DNA of 64,000 nucleotides from Octopus sinensis (taxonomy: Eukaryota): positions 72,416,001-72,480,000 of the forward strand of contig NC_043006.1 in the NCBI RefSeq assembly GCF_006345805.1, read 5' to 3'. Shown here piece by piece: positions 14,102-27,673 of the stretch. The number at the start of each line of letters is the position of its first letter. Positions within the stretch are counted from its first letter, which is position 1. The translations under genes and the position numbers were made by a program. The notes below the pieces were generated by a model. It did not search any database and had not been told where the DNA came from. It saw nothing but the letters and a program-made list of their open reading frames with translations.

Positions 14102-15689
14102 AACTGTGATGCTGCACAGCAGTGAGATGTGAGCACAAAGTGCAAAAGGTGTGCGAAGACTGGAAAGAAATAATGCAAGCAAACTCCACCGAATGTGTAA
14201 TGTTAGTATGCATGAATGATGAAGCACAGATGAGCTGATAGAAAAACTAGTTATACAAAGAATCAAAGGTAATGTACAAAAGAGATAACTGCACTGATAT
14301 GGACATGTAATGCATATGGATGATAACAGATGGGTGATAAAGTGCTTGAACATCTATGTGAAAGAAAACAAAGGAAAAGAAAGACATGGGTAGAGGTGGT
14401 GAAAGCAGATCTCGGTATGCTCCATGTCTCAAAGGAGATGAAAAGGAACACGTGATGTGATGTTATATTGGAGAGGACAAATCCAAACCATGACAATGAT
14501 CTTGCATGCATGCATACATACATATATCATCACCATAATTTTATCACTCACTTTTCTATGCTTGCATGGATCAGATGGAATTTGTTGAGGCAGATTTTGT
14601 ACAGCCGGATTTTCATCCTATCATTTACAATCACCATGTAATGTTGGGTCAAGGACACATGCATAATGGGCTTTTTTCAGCTTCCAACCATTCCTACTTA
14701 ATGACTGTAGGAAGTGATTTGAGGAAAAGTTGGTTTCTACATTTAGTAGGTCATGTACCTGCACAGAAGCCTTCCCATATTGGCTCAAACTAATCTTTAA
14801 TGTTGTCGTGTAGTCTCAGGTCTGTTGTACTCAATACAATAATAAAAGGTATTCTAAGCATAACAATACCATCATTTATACATCAAAAACTAATCTGTTC
14901 ACAATTGCCTTTATTTAAGACTATGATTTCTAAGAGTTTTCATTGCAATTTTCAGTAGGCTGAGCAACAACTGAAGTGTTGAACGTGTTTAACAAACCCT
15001 GACATGTCTGAAGATAAAAGTACTTGGTATTAAGGAGACATGTAAAAATAATGTGTAAAATTGTATAAAAATATTCTGAGCTACTTTTTAATTTGTGTTG
15101 TATTTTTCTCTAATCATTAAATAACATTATTTCTTCAGTACAGTTCAGCCAAATATTCTCATTTTAATGACAGTAAATATATTTCTACAAATAAGGCCAT
15201 TCAAAGTGAGTTACAATAAGATTGTTAGGGGAACATGAGACTGAAGATTTAAATTGTTCTACTTCAGTTCTGGGTTTTAGAATGTGAATGAGATTCTGCT
15301 TTCTTCTTGGAACTATTACTAATCAGTATTACTTACTTAGGGAGGGTGATAGAGGGAAAGGGTTTTTCTTCAGTCAAATTCATATAAACCAACACATAAT
15401 TAACATTATAAGATGTAAACTAATCCCAAGCCATCGTGGCTTGAGGGTGGTGAGCTGGCAGAAACATTAGCATGCCGGGCGAAATGCTTATCAGTATTTC
15501 ATCTGCTGTTACATTCTGAGTTCAAATTTCACTGAGGTCAATTTTGCCTTTCATCTTTTTGGGGTCAATTAAATAAGCACCAGGTACGCACTGGGGTTGA
15601 TGTAATTGACTTAATCCCTTTGTCTATCCTTGTTTGTCCCCCTCTATGTTTAGCCCAAGATAACTGTAAACTAACAAGTTTACTGTGAG

Positions 15690-16158
15690 GGAATGTGCCC
15701 ACAAATGTTCAATTATATAAAAAGTGTCATGGACATAGTGGCAGGATGGTGCAAAGCCTCACAAATCCAGGGCTACAGTTCAGTTTCTCCACCAATCTAC
15801 CCCTGACTTTACTGCACCTGCAGATTGGCCTTCAGAGAGTCCAGACTTAAATGTGATGGATTACTGTGTCTGGAGCTTATTAGCAGAGATACAGAAATAT
15901 AGATGCCATATAACCATCATTGATGAATTGAAAATGTGCTTGATAATAGCTTGGAATGACATTCCTCAAGTTACACTTCAAAATGCCACACCAGCTTGGA
16001 TTTCTTGATTAAAACACAGTCAAGAAGTGCACAGAAAACATTTTGAACATTTTTGAGTGTTAGTATATCATGCTTTGTGACTCTTGTTGTTTACCTCAAA
16101 TAGATCTTGTGAAAATATTGACATTTCACAAATTTTCTGCTTTTCTAGTAACCACCCT
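15690..16158 (+). mobile_element. 3' fragment of a maT (DD37D) transposon
   Basis: Manual translation gives WQDGAKPHKSRATVQFLHQSTPDFTAPADWPSESPDLNVMDYCVWSLL (37-residue D-D spacing). It ends in a CACCCT-type terminus. Confidence 0.75.
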
Positions 16159-16385
16159 ATAGAAGTCCATCACTTAGACATTTAAGAAAAACTAGGCACT
16201 TAAACTTGTGTGTTACAGACATTTTGAACTCATGGAAAAAGAGTCCAACCAGAATCTGTATGGTAATCTTGCAGTTACTAATGTCATTAAAGTGAAAGAG
16301 AGAGAGATATATGTGTTTCATAGGGCATTGCTGGAGATCTAAGCAATAACTCATAAGTGAAACACTCTTACAGACACTTTGACAT

Positions 16386-16466
<81 letters not shown>

Positions 16467-17429
16467 CAGACAGATAGATAGATAGATATATACTGGTTGG
16501 TCATCCAGCAAAAATCTTCATTCAACAAGCTTTTTACAGACATGGGACATTGCCCTGCTGATCTCACAAATGCCGTGAGGAAACATGATGGGTGGTGCTG
16601 TGAGTGAGACAGGGAAATCCAAGCAAGCTTGACCAGCTTATTCGTGCAGAACACAAGTATTTCTCCTAATTCCTTAATATAAATGCAGTTTACAAATACA
16701 AAACAATATATTACCAAGACAGTTTATAGTAGCTGATATTGAGATGAGAATCTCTCTCGGTGATTATGGTGGATCTCCTGAACAGGACCAATAATGAATA
16801 CATCCTCATGGAATGGATGTATAAGGTCATGTTCATTATCAACCCAGTCTCTTGGCATTATCTGCTTCCAATGATGCTATTCCCCTTATTTTAAAAGCAG
16901 AATTCCAAAGTTACTTTGCTGCAGTACACATTCTACCCTTTTATACAGTAAAACAAAAAACAAAGGTGGAACTATATCTTCATTTGCACAATAAAGACAA
17001 ATGCCTTGCATCAACAGAACTTAAAAGGTTTTCCTCATTTCCAGTAACTTAAGACATTTGAAGAGCAATTTTTCTAAAGTGAAGGTAACAGTTGGGTATT
17101 TAGTGACTGCTGTCTATAATAAAACTTTTGATCAGTCTGCTTGTTTCCATGATAGGTTTGTAATTGGATTTTTGTACCAGTACCTACTAACATTTAAAAT
17201 TTAAGGAGGCTAGGTATAAATAGCAGTGTGGTATCCTCTCTATTAAACAGACAAATCCAAATCTAATCTGGTTGGTTTATAAACCAGTGACAAAGAGAAG
17301 GCTAGAATCCAAGTAGTGGTGGTGGTTTGAGCATTTGATATTCAGCAGGTTGCTGTCTTAGCTAAATCAGTCAGTGTGCAGTATCTTCCAATGCTACAAG
17401 AATTTGGAAGAAAACATGTATCTCAAGAA

Positions 17430-17745
17430 AAATGAACAATCTGTAATGATATGATTACAAAGATGCTGTAGGTAACCAGCATGCTAATATAAAACACAGT
17501 CCAACATTCAAATCTACCAAAAACCAATGGTGATCATTGACAGGATGCTAACATGTGCACTTTTTTCAAAAATTGAAGGAGACAATTGGGATTGGAACAA
17601 CTACAGAATCTTACTGAATTTCATGGAGGAAGCATTTGACCAAACACTGCTTCCTATTGTACAATTAACAGAAAGAATCCTGCCTGAAAACCAACATAGA
17701 TTTTGTTACATTCAATGCTCCACAGACATGGTTTTTTTCAAAAGT
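17430..17745 (+). mobile_element. Old RTE-like LINE fragment
   Basis: EGDNWDWNNYRILL...ILPENQHRF...STDMVF resembles KGDxxDCxNYRGISLL...LPExQxGFR...TxDMIF. Confidence 0.6.
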
Positions 17746-19208
17746 GATGATAGGCACAGCAAGACCTCTATTATCCTCATTAGACACTTATCAAATAGTA
17801 AATGGTATCTGTTGACTAATTAAGGGGCAAGTATATAATGGTAAAATATTTACCCTTTATAATGATTGTAAGAAATTACTAATCCTAGAAAAAATAGAGG
17901 TGACTGGAAAAGACAGGCATAATTGCAACTTCACTAGTCACTATCTTTATAGGTATTACAGCAACAATTGTTCTGATGAGTCACAAGGTAAGAGATGAAT
18001 CGTTTTACAAAATTTTTAGTTCTACTTTTAACGAAATAAATTAATAGAAAATCAGAGAACTGGTTAAGTATTTGAGGAGCTTACTTTGTCGACTTTGATT
18101 GTTATATAGAAAATGAGGACAAGAAATAGTACAGTTTCAAAATATATTTTATTGTTCAGTCTTTCTTTATTGCTTTGTTAATGAGTTAACATTTTTATTG
18201 AAAGCATTAACACCTGTCTAAATGGTAAGACTATTCTTTTGGGGCTTAGTCATGTTGAGACAAGTTAAGAAGCTTAATATTCACCTCTTTAACTATTGCA
18301 ATATTCGCTTTCAGAAAATAATTTGCTTGTTAACATATTCTTAGTAGAGAGCATTTATTAGATATTCTATCTCCTTCATTAACAACAATAAGATTAAATT
18401 TGATTTTAACTGTCAGATAAGAATAAATATGCTTTGTGTATAATGAAACATTACACATCACTAAAATAAAAGTGGCCAAAATGTAACATGAAGCAAATAC
18501 ATTTCTAATGAAATTTTAAAGCTAAATGTCTCTGTACTGACTAGAAACCTAATATATCAATAAAATTGGTTATCATTACAAAATTAAATTTTGAATTAAT
18601 TTTTTCAAGCAGAATAGGTAATTATAGGATGACTACAGCTAGAATACCAACCAAAGAATTTCTGCTGCAATTTGAAATACAAAGAATATATTAAATATTT
18701 ATATCACCCTTTCATCTACAGATTGAGAATCTATGAAATAAGGATAATGCTATAATTTACATTTTTGCTCAGCTAACAGTGCCTAGCTAAAACATGACTG
18801 TTACAATTGCAACATTTCAAAGCAACTATGAACTGCTTTCAATGGCAAAATACAAGATTTGAGAAAACAATCTCTTTCATTTCAGTTTCAACATTGCTGA
18901 TTTATTTGCTATATAAAGTCTGGAGTTACTGAAGTTAACAGATTATTGCCCTGTGTAATAAAATGCAAGGAATATTTAAAACTTTCGTTACTGTATTTAT
19001 TTTGAGATGCTCTGTGTTTCTTTCAATTACTTCAAATACAACAAAGAATTTAGTAAAATAATTTAGTTATCATTCAGCTAGTGTTAAGAACAGAAATTGT
19101 GGAAGATTTTAATTCAAAATTTATGAAAACAGGACATTTGTACTCAGAGCCAGAGCTGATTTCAGCCAGGTTGGTAACGAAAGGGTTAAGTAAAAAAAGA
19201 TATCTTAA

Positions 19209-19353
19209 CCCTTTAGCATTCAAATTACTCTGTTAAATGTAATGCCTATTTATTTATATTGCTTGAATCAATCATGTGTTACCTAATAACTTCAAAATTT
19301 GGCCAGTTTGAATATAAAACAGGAAGAATGTTTTGGTCAGAAATGCTAAAGAG
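19209..19353. mobile_element. piggyBac-type MITE, internally deleted
   Basis: TTAA|CCCTTTAGCATTCAAATTACTCTG...TGCTAAAGAG. Confidence 0.65.
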
Positions 19354-19776
19354 TTGATTATTTTCAATATGCCAAACTACATCATGCTAAATGCTGGATT
19401 ACTGGCAATCAGTGTAAGTTCAAATGTAACTGCATTCACTGAGTAGTAAATACATATTTTGGTTGTCTCAGTTGACAACAGATTTTACCCTAGCATTGCA
19501 AATGAGATGACAATAACAGAAAGAGCCCCTACAAACAATATCCTTCCTTCCTAAATGCCATGAAAAAGTAGATTTAAATCAGCAAAATCAGTAGATATAA
19601 AAATGAAACCTAAATTATTTTACTTAAGTTCTGTTATAATACTATGTTTCATTGATTCCATATCAATAATCAGCCCATACAAACTCTACAATTCAAGCAT
19701 CATTCATTTGTTGAAAGCAACATATGCTGTTTTGTTGGTAGTCTTTATTTTTTGGTTATCTATCTCACAGCCATAA

Positions 19777-21362
19777 TCTCTCTATATATAAAATCCTTTG
19801 TCTTTCTGTCTGTTACCAATACATTCTCAAATGTCTCAACCAAATCAAATCAAATTTTACATAGTCATTCTATCAGACCACATGAGTGTCAATATGTAAT
19901 TTTTTTGTCATTTGGATTAAAACAATGCAACACTGATACTGGTTCAGTATTACGTGCCAAAAGTCAAAGAATAAAAGTGAAGGAATAGGATCTATATTGT
20001 AACGTGATATATTGCTTCACTTTTATACTTTTACTTTTAATTCTAACCACAATCACCACAACGTCACATTTTGTATATGACTGTGTATCTGTCTGTGAAT
20101 ATATGTGTGAGTGTATGAGTATGTATGTCTCATAGTGTGTGTCTTTCCGCATTAGGTACGTTATTAAACATGCACACATCTACATATACATATGTAACAA
20201 TACATTATTAAACACACACATCTACACATACGTGTTGACTGACATGTGTGAATGTATGTCTGTGTGTGTCTATCTTACTATATGTACGTGAGGACTGGCC
20301 AGGGTCAATACAAAATTCTATCTTGCTATATGTGAGGGCTGGCCAGTGTCTGTACAAAATTTTATTTTCATTTCAATTAAAACAATATTTCATAGGGATA
20401 ATCTTTCTATTGTCAACAGAATATTTTATACTACAACAACATCACATTTTGTATATGACTGTATGTGTATGATTGTGTCTTTCCATGTTAAGTATGTTAT
20501 TAAACACGCACACACGTCTACACATACATATGTAACAACTGACATGCATGAAAGTATGTCGCTGTGTAGCTATCTTAGTATATGTATGTGAGTGTATGTC
20601 AGAAACATTTTATACCACGATGATGATGTCACATTTTGTATATGAGTGTATATCTGTCTGTGAGTGTATGAGTTGCAAGGTATTTACAGTTACATATTTG
20701 CCCTTATATTAAGAAACTTATATATATATACTTCTTTGTCACTCTCTAATATTTATTGCGACATTTACTGTTAAATTAGCAGTTCTATACATGTGCTTCT
20801 ATTTCGTTAATTTACACTCCATACAAAAATAAAGACAAACTATGTACATACCAAGTGATAATCCATTATGCCTTATTTTTTCAAGTAATGCATTACTACA
20901 TATTCTCTTGTGATTGCATAGGTTCACTTTGTTTCTTATTCTACAGCCACATCAGCAATCCAATGTCAAGCCTTCACCTTCTGCAACATTTCAACAGTTC
21001 GCTTTCCCCGTTGCTATCTCCCATTACAGCCCATTTCCGTAATGTACCCATTTAGGTACAATATCACCTATTACACATCCATTCATTTGACTGTCAACCA
21101 TACGATGGGTTGTGTTAGATGCAGTGCTGACTGCCTCAAAGGTGAGTATATTCACCCACTCCCAATTTTCCATAAGTTAGGGCCTGGAATCCTCCAAATG
21201 GACATATTACATGTTGCTTGGTCAAATTAGACCATCATTTACCCCACAAATGTTTTGTCATCAATGCTGCACTTTCCCCTATCACCTGTTTCAATACAAT
21301 TGTAATTTATATATACGAACTATACCATTTTAATCCCGAGCAGTGCCGGGTATCTCTGCTAG
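19777..21362 (+). mobile_element. Non-autonomous Helitron with internal tandem subrepeats
   Basis: It begins A|TCTCTCTATATATAAAA and ends with a CCCG-AGCAGTGC-CGGG hairpin followed by CTAG|T. Internal repeats of TCACATTTTGTATATGA occur at about 20064, 20442 and 20629. Confidence 0.8.
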
Positions 21363-22068
21363 TCAATTATAAAGTTACTGTTCTAATTTTCTAAACTGTT
21401 TAATCCCTCATTTGTAATTGTTTAATATTTCAATATTTTACTGCAGCTGTTTTCAGTTATTTTTAACTCAGAATACATAACTGTATTATTCAACAAGACT
21501 TAGCATAGAAACCTCCCCTTCTGTCTGAAAAAGACTATCATTAGCAATTACCTCCATGAAAAGAAACAACCAGTACTGTTTCTATAACAGACATTTCGTT
21601 TTCATTAAGTTAGTTGATGTTAAGGTATACCAATATACAAAAACAAATGATCAAAGGTAAAAAATGCCATAAATAAAATATGTATGAATGGTTAGGATAA
21701 GGTTACTTTTATACTTTTATGTATAAAAGGTAAATGCAAGAACTACTTTTGCATATGATATACCTTGTCCTTAACCCTTTTCATGCCAAGCCACATGGAT
21801 TCAACCCAGGTTTTATAACACAAACTTCTTGTTTACAGTGATTTAAATTAATACTTTCCATTAATATTTCATGTTAATTTGTTTCTAATCTCATTTTTCT
21901 AATGGCAAACATTTCATTAATTCTTCATTAATTTCAAAATTAATTGAAACAAAGGTAACAAAAGGATTAAAGTGTTAAAAGGGTTTATAAAGAATATACT
22001 AAGGTGAAGGGTGTATCTAACTCTGAGATCAACATACAGATATGCACACACATGTATGTATGTATGTA

Positions 22069-22114
<46 letters not shown>

Positions 22115-23142
22115 AACATCAAAGAATCCTGATACATTCAAAAATAGAAAGGATATTTTCATCATTCATTATCAAAATATATTTTTTTTAAATTTAAAAA
22201 GAAGAAATTAACAGGACCGAATGTGGCGAAGAATTTATCTCCAGTCTCAAATGCAGTACTACATCAGGACAAATATTGGTGCAAGCCTATAGAAATGGGG
22301 GTTGAGAGAAGAAACATAATTACAACTCTCAGACATTTACATGTTAAACTGATTTCATTTTCTATGTTGAATTGAATTGGACAAATCTATAGGACAGGTC
22401 TTTTATCAGTTCTTTTAGACAATTCCTAAAAATTCTGGCATGTCTAACATGCAGCCTTTTCAAACACAAGTGCTGATATCGAGTGGCATAATTAGTTGTT
22501 TAAAAATGAGGAACTCCCAAAATTTTTCATAATAAAAACAATAATAATTTAATTATTATTATACTAAACAGCATCTGCTGTGAAGCTGATATGATTTCTA
22601 CTGGTGAACAAGTGGAAGTATAGTAACTAATCTAAACTTCAAAACTTAATTAAAATTAAATTTGTCTTTCTTACTATAACAATCATTCATGCATTGTTAG
22701 TCAAACTTAGAAATATTATATATGAGAACAATGTTGTATGATTATGTTACATATTGTTCTGAGTTCAAATTCCACTGAGAATGACTTTGACCATTTCAGA
22801 CTTCATTAAGTAAATACCAGTTAAGTATTGGGTCAATTAAACTGGCTGTTTCCCCTACAACCACAAAAGAACTGTGAGTTTTGACTGACAAACCAACATT
22901 ACTTTTTACTGATTCTTTTTGGACCCAAAATTAAATTGCATGTTTTGTACACACCCTAGATGTGATGCAATATACATATTTTTTATCGATACCAAAAAAA
23001 AAATTTTCTCTCTTTCTGTTTCATTTGTTTTCAATGTACTGATCCAAATTGACAAACACAAACAAAATAAATTTAGTTTTAACACAGTGACACAAATATT
23101 AAACAAATCAATAAAGCAGAGATATAAATGAAAACTTCTTAC

Positions 23143-23595
23143 CCATCCACCATGTGCATTTATCCAAGGGTTCAAATTATCAGTTAAGTACGTATGAGCC
23201 CATTCTACAATGTTGTCCACAAGATAAGGCATTTCTTTCTCAACACTCTGAAGGGATAAAGCTCCACTGAAAGAGAATAGGGCGACAATTCGACCCCAGT
23301 TAATAGTCTGGTCACTAAAAAGTTCATTAATAACAGCCTGAAAAGTGCAATAAGCTGTATGCTGAGTAATATGAAGTTGTTGGCACATATTTGAGAATTG
23401 GTCATGATATCTTTCCTCAAACTCATCGGCCATGGCACGCATACTGATTGCCACTTTACTTGGACGGCGGTCAAAGCAGGGACAGTTTTCCCAGGTAAAA
23501 CCCTGCCTCCTTAGACGGTAGTTAACATAATCTTCAAGCAAATACCGAGAGACCGGCACATTCATCTCGGAGTTGTTATTTGACGAAGAACCCAT
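23143..23595 (-). CDS. Bcl-2 family anti-apoptotic protein (Bcl-2/Bcl-xL/Bcl-w-like), first coding exon, 151 codons; the C-terminal TM exon was not found in the window
   Basis: The translation shows BH4 (SRYLLEDYVNYRLRRQGFTW), BH3 (MRAMADEFE), BH1 (ELFSDQTINWGRIVALFSFSG) and BH2 (WINAHGGW). A donor TGG|GTAAGA lies at 23143/23142, phase 0 after GGW, the same intron position as in vertebrate BCL2/BCL2L1. An acceptor tttctctttAG|G starts the exon at 23601. Confidence 0.93.
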
Positions 23596-25039
23596 AGCAT
23601 CCTAAAGAGAAATTTGTTCAACAGTTAGACATTAGATTTTTGATATTAAAGAATTAACATTTATCACACTCACTGTAACTCTCTTTAAAAGTCGAATAGT
23701 TACAAATTAAAACAAAACTAAAATATTCAAGAGTTTAGTTTCCAAAAATATTAAAATCAGTTAAATAAAAATGTAAAGTGTTCATACATTTTTCAAAGGT
23801 TTGAATTGAAAGAATGTAGAAATTACCAGCGATGTTCTCCTTTTATATTGGTAATTTTTAATGATTTTCTCATGTAAATATATTTAAATATATGTTATAT
23901 TTACAAAAATAAGTTAAAGAATGTCGAATTAATTTGAAGAAACAACAGAAGCAATTTTAAAATATCAAAATGAGAGGAGTAAGAAATTTCCAGACACCAA
24001 GTTGGTAGATATTATTTTGGAAAATAGATCTTATCAATCAGCAATTATTTTTGTTTTTAGCTTTTTCTGTTCCTCGGTTAAGTTTCCGTTAGAAAATATT
24101 ACTTCCAGATAAACACCCAAAACATTTTCCATTTTCTTTTTCAAATTCCTATTTCGTAAAAGTCCATATTTCTTTCACACGCCCTCTTTTTGTTTGTTTG
24201 TTTATCTGTGTATGTATGTATGTGCGTGTGTCTATGTGTGGGTGGGTATGCTTTAATTTCAGTTAATTCCCACAATAATGTCTCCTCAGGCACAAATTGT
24301 TTATCTACAACTCCTGAACGGGTAATTGGCAATAAGAAAGTGGTATGAAAAAAATTACTCTCACTACATCTGCCCATTTACGCACTAACCCTTTCTGAAT
24401 AACCATTATGTTTCATGTAGTAGCAGTATTAGGACCGAATCACAAGACTTTCAGCGAGTCTGTACTAATACTTCTAATTTCGATTCACATATACAGTTTC
24501 GCACGTTATAGGACCACACACAGACGTAATATGCATCGATAAATCTTGTGTTATAACTCTGATAAATTGAAAAACTTTATTTTCTTTGTTTTCTCTTTTT
24601 TATTATTAATTCTGGGCAGATATAGATATATATATTAGCTATGAACAGAATTTTACACACAGCTATATACTACTGCTACTGTACATGCATGTGCACGTGC
24701 AGAAGTGACAGATGTACACAAGCTGTCTCACGTGAGCCAGTGACAATTGGTTTTTTTTTTCTTTTTACTTTATACTGATCAGGATTGAGTGAAAAAGAAT
24801 AAAGTTATGGGCAAGCAATTAGGAAGCCATTTAACTGCTCAGTTTATACAAATGATATTTCTAGATGTACACATTCATTACACAAGTGCAGCCAAACACA
24901 CACAGGTACTGTAATACACAACTATAATATACTCCTTCAGTCACATATACAAACATAAAATGCTCCACTGATACAATATTCGTGTAAAGGTACCTGCAAC
25001 ACATACATATAGATACTACAATCACAAGAATCAAGAGAC

Positions 25040-25210
25040 TGTATTTTGTTGATCAAACTATGCTAGAAACAGCAGCCAAATCTCCATCAAATCACACCCT
25101 GTAGTTTTAAAAACATAGATAATATGAGCGTAGACTCACTGCAAGACGGGATGGTCATAGCTGGAATGCCTTTTGTCTGCACGATTAAAACTGACCTGAT
25201 GGGTAAACAG
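25040..25210 (+). repeat. Dispersed repeat family D (copies at about 40725-40890, 40960-41020, 42750-42885, 55185-55230, 56790-57005; minus at about 54660-54705, 56590-56625)
   Basis: Recurrent CTAGAAAYAGCAGCCAAATCTCC.TCAAATCACAC and GGATGGTCATRGCTGGAATGCCTT. Confidence 0.65.
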
Positions 25211-25808
25211 TCAAAACTACACGAGATTTGACACCATTTTAGAGTAGTGTTTGCATACACTGTCTTTTTATGTTCCGTAATACTATCAGGAAAAGTTTTA
25301 AAGATAATTCATTGTCTAATTAGGATTAAAACAAAACACATATAGATGCGAGTTACTGTTAAAAAAGTATAGAAATAATTTGTGCGCAGTTAGTTACATG
25401 TCGAGTGCACGCCTAGTTCGAGGTGCTTTACACATAATGGCAGGTACGATAGTTAAAGGCTACAGTAGTTAAATAAGACCGGTAATGTGAGTATATGTGA
25501 TGCAAGCACTCCGTCTGATGCATGTGGGAGAATGAGTCAGTGTGACAAATTTGAAACAAAAGGATCAACTGAAAACAAAGCCAAAAATAAATTCATTGCC
25601 AAAACAACCCCTTTGGATCGTTCGTTGTTTACAGTTTCGGTGGTCAATTTAACTGAAGCTATTAATTAACGCTCGCGAAATGATTTAATTACTCTCACTG
25701 GGGAGCGGTATTTGACAGAGATCGGGGATAGGCTAGAATCTCTTTCATAAAATTATTCCTTGCTACATCTTCATTGATACACTCAATTATTATCTTCAAT
25801 TACTTGAG

Positions 25809-25840
<32 letters not shown>

Positions 25841-26383
25841 ATATATATATAGGCGGAATGAGTAAACGCATATATCTACACATCTGCATTCAGTTGTGGG
25901 TATGCGTGTAAGTTTACAATTTATCTACCGTGGTGGTCGCTGATCTAAGAGCTTTTATTTCTATTTCTGACAATCTGAAACACCACTTCACTTTATATGC
26001 TTTGTAAAATTGTGTAAATCTTTTTATATGGGAGAAAAAAATATCTAATAACTTCCAAAATGTTTGCCATATTTATCGGAAACAACCGCTCAGAAGAGTA
26101 TGTATATATATATATATATAGTTCAATATTACAAAGGAACTTATTATTTGATTCGAAAACCGTGAGAAAGTATGCGGCTTTTGTTGGGAGAACAGTGTGA
26201 CAAACGAGGAAATGGGAAGGAAATCAGTAAGAGAACAGTAGGGAGACAGTAAGGGGACAGTAGGGTTGTCTTGGTGAAGAATGAGAGAAAATATATGAAT
26301 GAATGAACGTTAGCTTTCTCTCCTCCGCCTCCCTTTTGCTTTTAAGAATGAAACTGTAACCTAAATCCCGTTTACTATCTTAC

Positions 26384-26553
26384 CTTGTTTGTGCTATAAT
26401 TATTCAACAACCTCCTTCCGAGAAATATTACGTAATATCCTTTGTTTCTAAATAGCAAAATATTTCAATTTTGCTACAGATGGAAAGCCAGTTTCAAGGC
26501 GATAATAAAACTACATCAACTCGGCAAAGTATAACTACAGAACATGGCGACTG
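26384..26553 (-). other. Probable non-coding first exon (5' UTR) of the Bcl-2-like gene
   Basis: Unique sequence with retained CpGs, ending in a strong donor CAAG|GTAAGA (GT at 26383-26382). It starts at CAGT followed by YY1-like CGCCATGTT. The coding exon begins at an acceptor only 6 nt before its ATG, so an upstream exon is required. Confidence 0.55.
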
Positions 26554-26770
26554 TAAAACGTCTCAACAAATAGAGTTAACTCTATTTCTATTTTTGATAT
26601 AAATATATTAATTTTAATTTTTGTATCTACTAAATTAAAATACATTTAATTATTTCCGTTTTAAAGAGAACGATAAAAATAGATAACTGATAAGAAAACA
26701 AAAAAAAATAATAAATACGCAGAAACGACTGCTAGATTTACACTGTCAGTTTCTGCCATCTTAGTAGCCT
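26535..26770. promoter_or_regulatory. Candidate bidirectional core promoter (Inr + YY1 motif on each strand)
   Basis: Minus strand reads TTACAGTCGCCATGTT (about 26556-26541). Plus strand reads GTCAGTTTCTGCCATCTT (26745-26762). About 190 bp of very AT-rich DNA separates them. Confidence 0.5.
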
Positions 26771-27442
26771 TGGTTACAAACTAAACAACTTTTAATCATC
26801 TATGTCTACAATCTTTCGCGATTTTTAATCTTTTATATTTTTATATTCATTAACAACTTCATTGAAATTAAATTAATTGATAAGATTTTATCGATCTTCA
26901 GAATCGACATGTAAAAGCTGAAATTTGTTTCACGTTCCCAGTTGTTCGAAAGTTCAGAAGATCGTGTGTCCTAGAAACCGAAATTTTTTCAATTAAATTA
27001 ATCAAAATAGTTAAAATATTTTCTTTATGGATTTTTTGCTTCCTTTACAAAATTCTAGCCAGTCATTAACAAGGCTCTTTTGTTTAGGTCCACAGTTCTT
27101 GGGATTTGTAGATACCGGAATTGGTTTGTTTTGCACATATATGAGCGCGTATTGGAAAAAGTTGCACTAATACAGGGTGTACATACAAGCGTCTGTGCTT
27201 CATTGCCGTTTATTTTGTGTGTGTATTCCATATGTTCAGTATTTGTGCACCTTCTAGTTCAATGGCTAACCTCAGTTCATTGACTGTTGCATGTTTTATA
27301 CAGTGAAATTTATATTATTTTTCAGTATCTCTATAAAAACGTAATGTGAGGTCCAGTGATCACAGAAGGTATTCTATTGAACCTCTTTGTCCTATCCACC
27401 TGTCTGGAAAAATATCAATGTAGGCCTTTACATTGCTATATA

Positions 27443-27673
27443 TTTCTTTATTACCCACAAGGGGCTAAACATAAAGGGGACAAACAAGGACAGACAAAGA
27501 TATAAAGTCGATTACATCGACCCCAGTGCGTAACTGGTACTTAATTTATCGACCCCGAAAGGATGAAAGGCAAAGTCGACCTTGGCGGAATTTGAACTCA
27601 GAACGTAACAACAGACGAAATACGGCTACGCATTTTGCCTGGCGTGCTAACGTTTCTGCCAGCTTGCTGCCTT
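27443..27673 (-). mobile_element. SINE family B
   Basis: Reverse complement of the family B consensus. Confidence 0.85.

Noticed and set aside
16157-16717. 186-aa ORF and many similar YIYIYI / THTHT / MYVCMYV ORFs
   Set aside because: The frames stay open only because of (TA)n, (CA)n or (ATGT)n microsatellites and SINE sequence. No protein features are present.
17965-18005. Hammerhead ribozyme CTGATGAGTC...GATGAATC
   Set aside because: The second core segment is not GAAA and flanking stems are not evident. At most it is a decayed remnant.
23330-23345. Bcl-xS-type internal 5' splice site after TFQ
   Set aside because: The homologous position reads CAG|GCTGTT, which is neither a GT donor nor a good GC donor.
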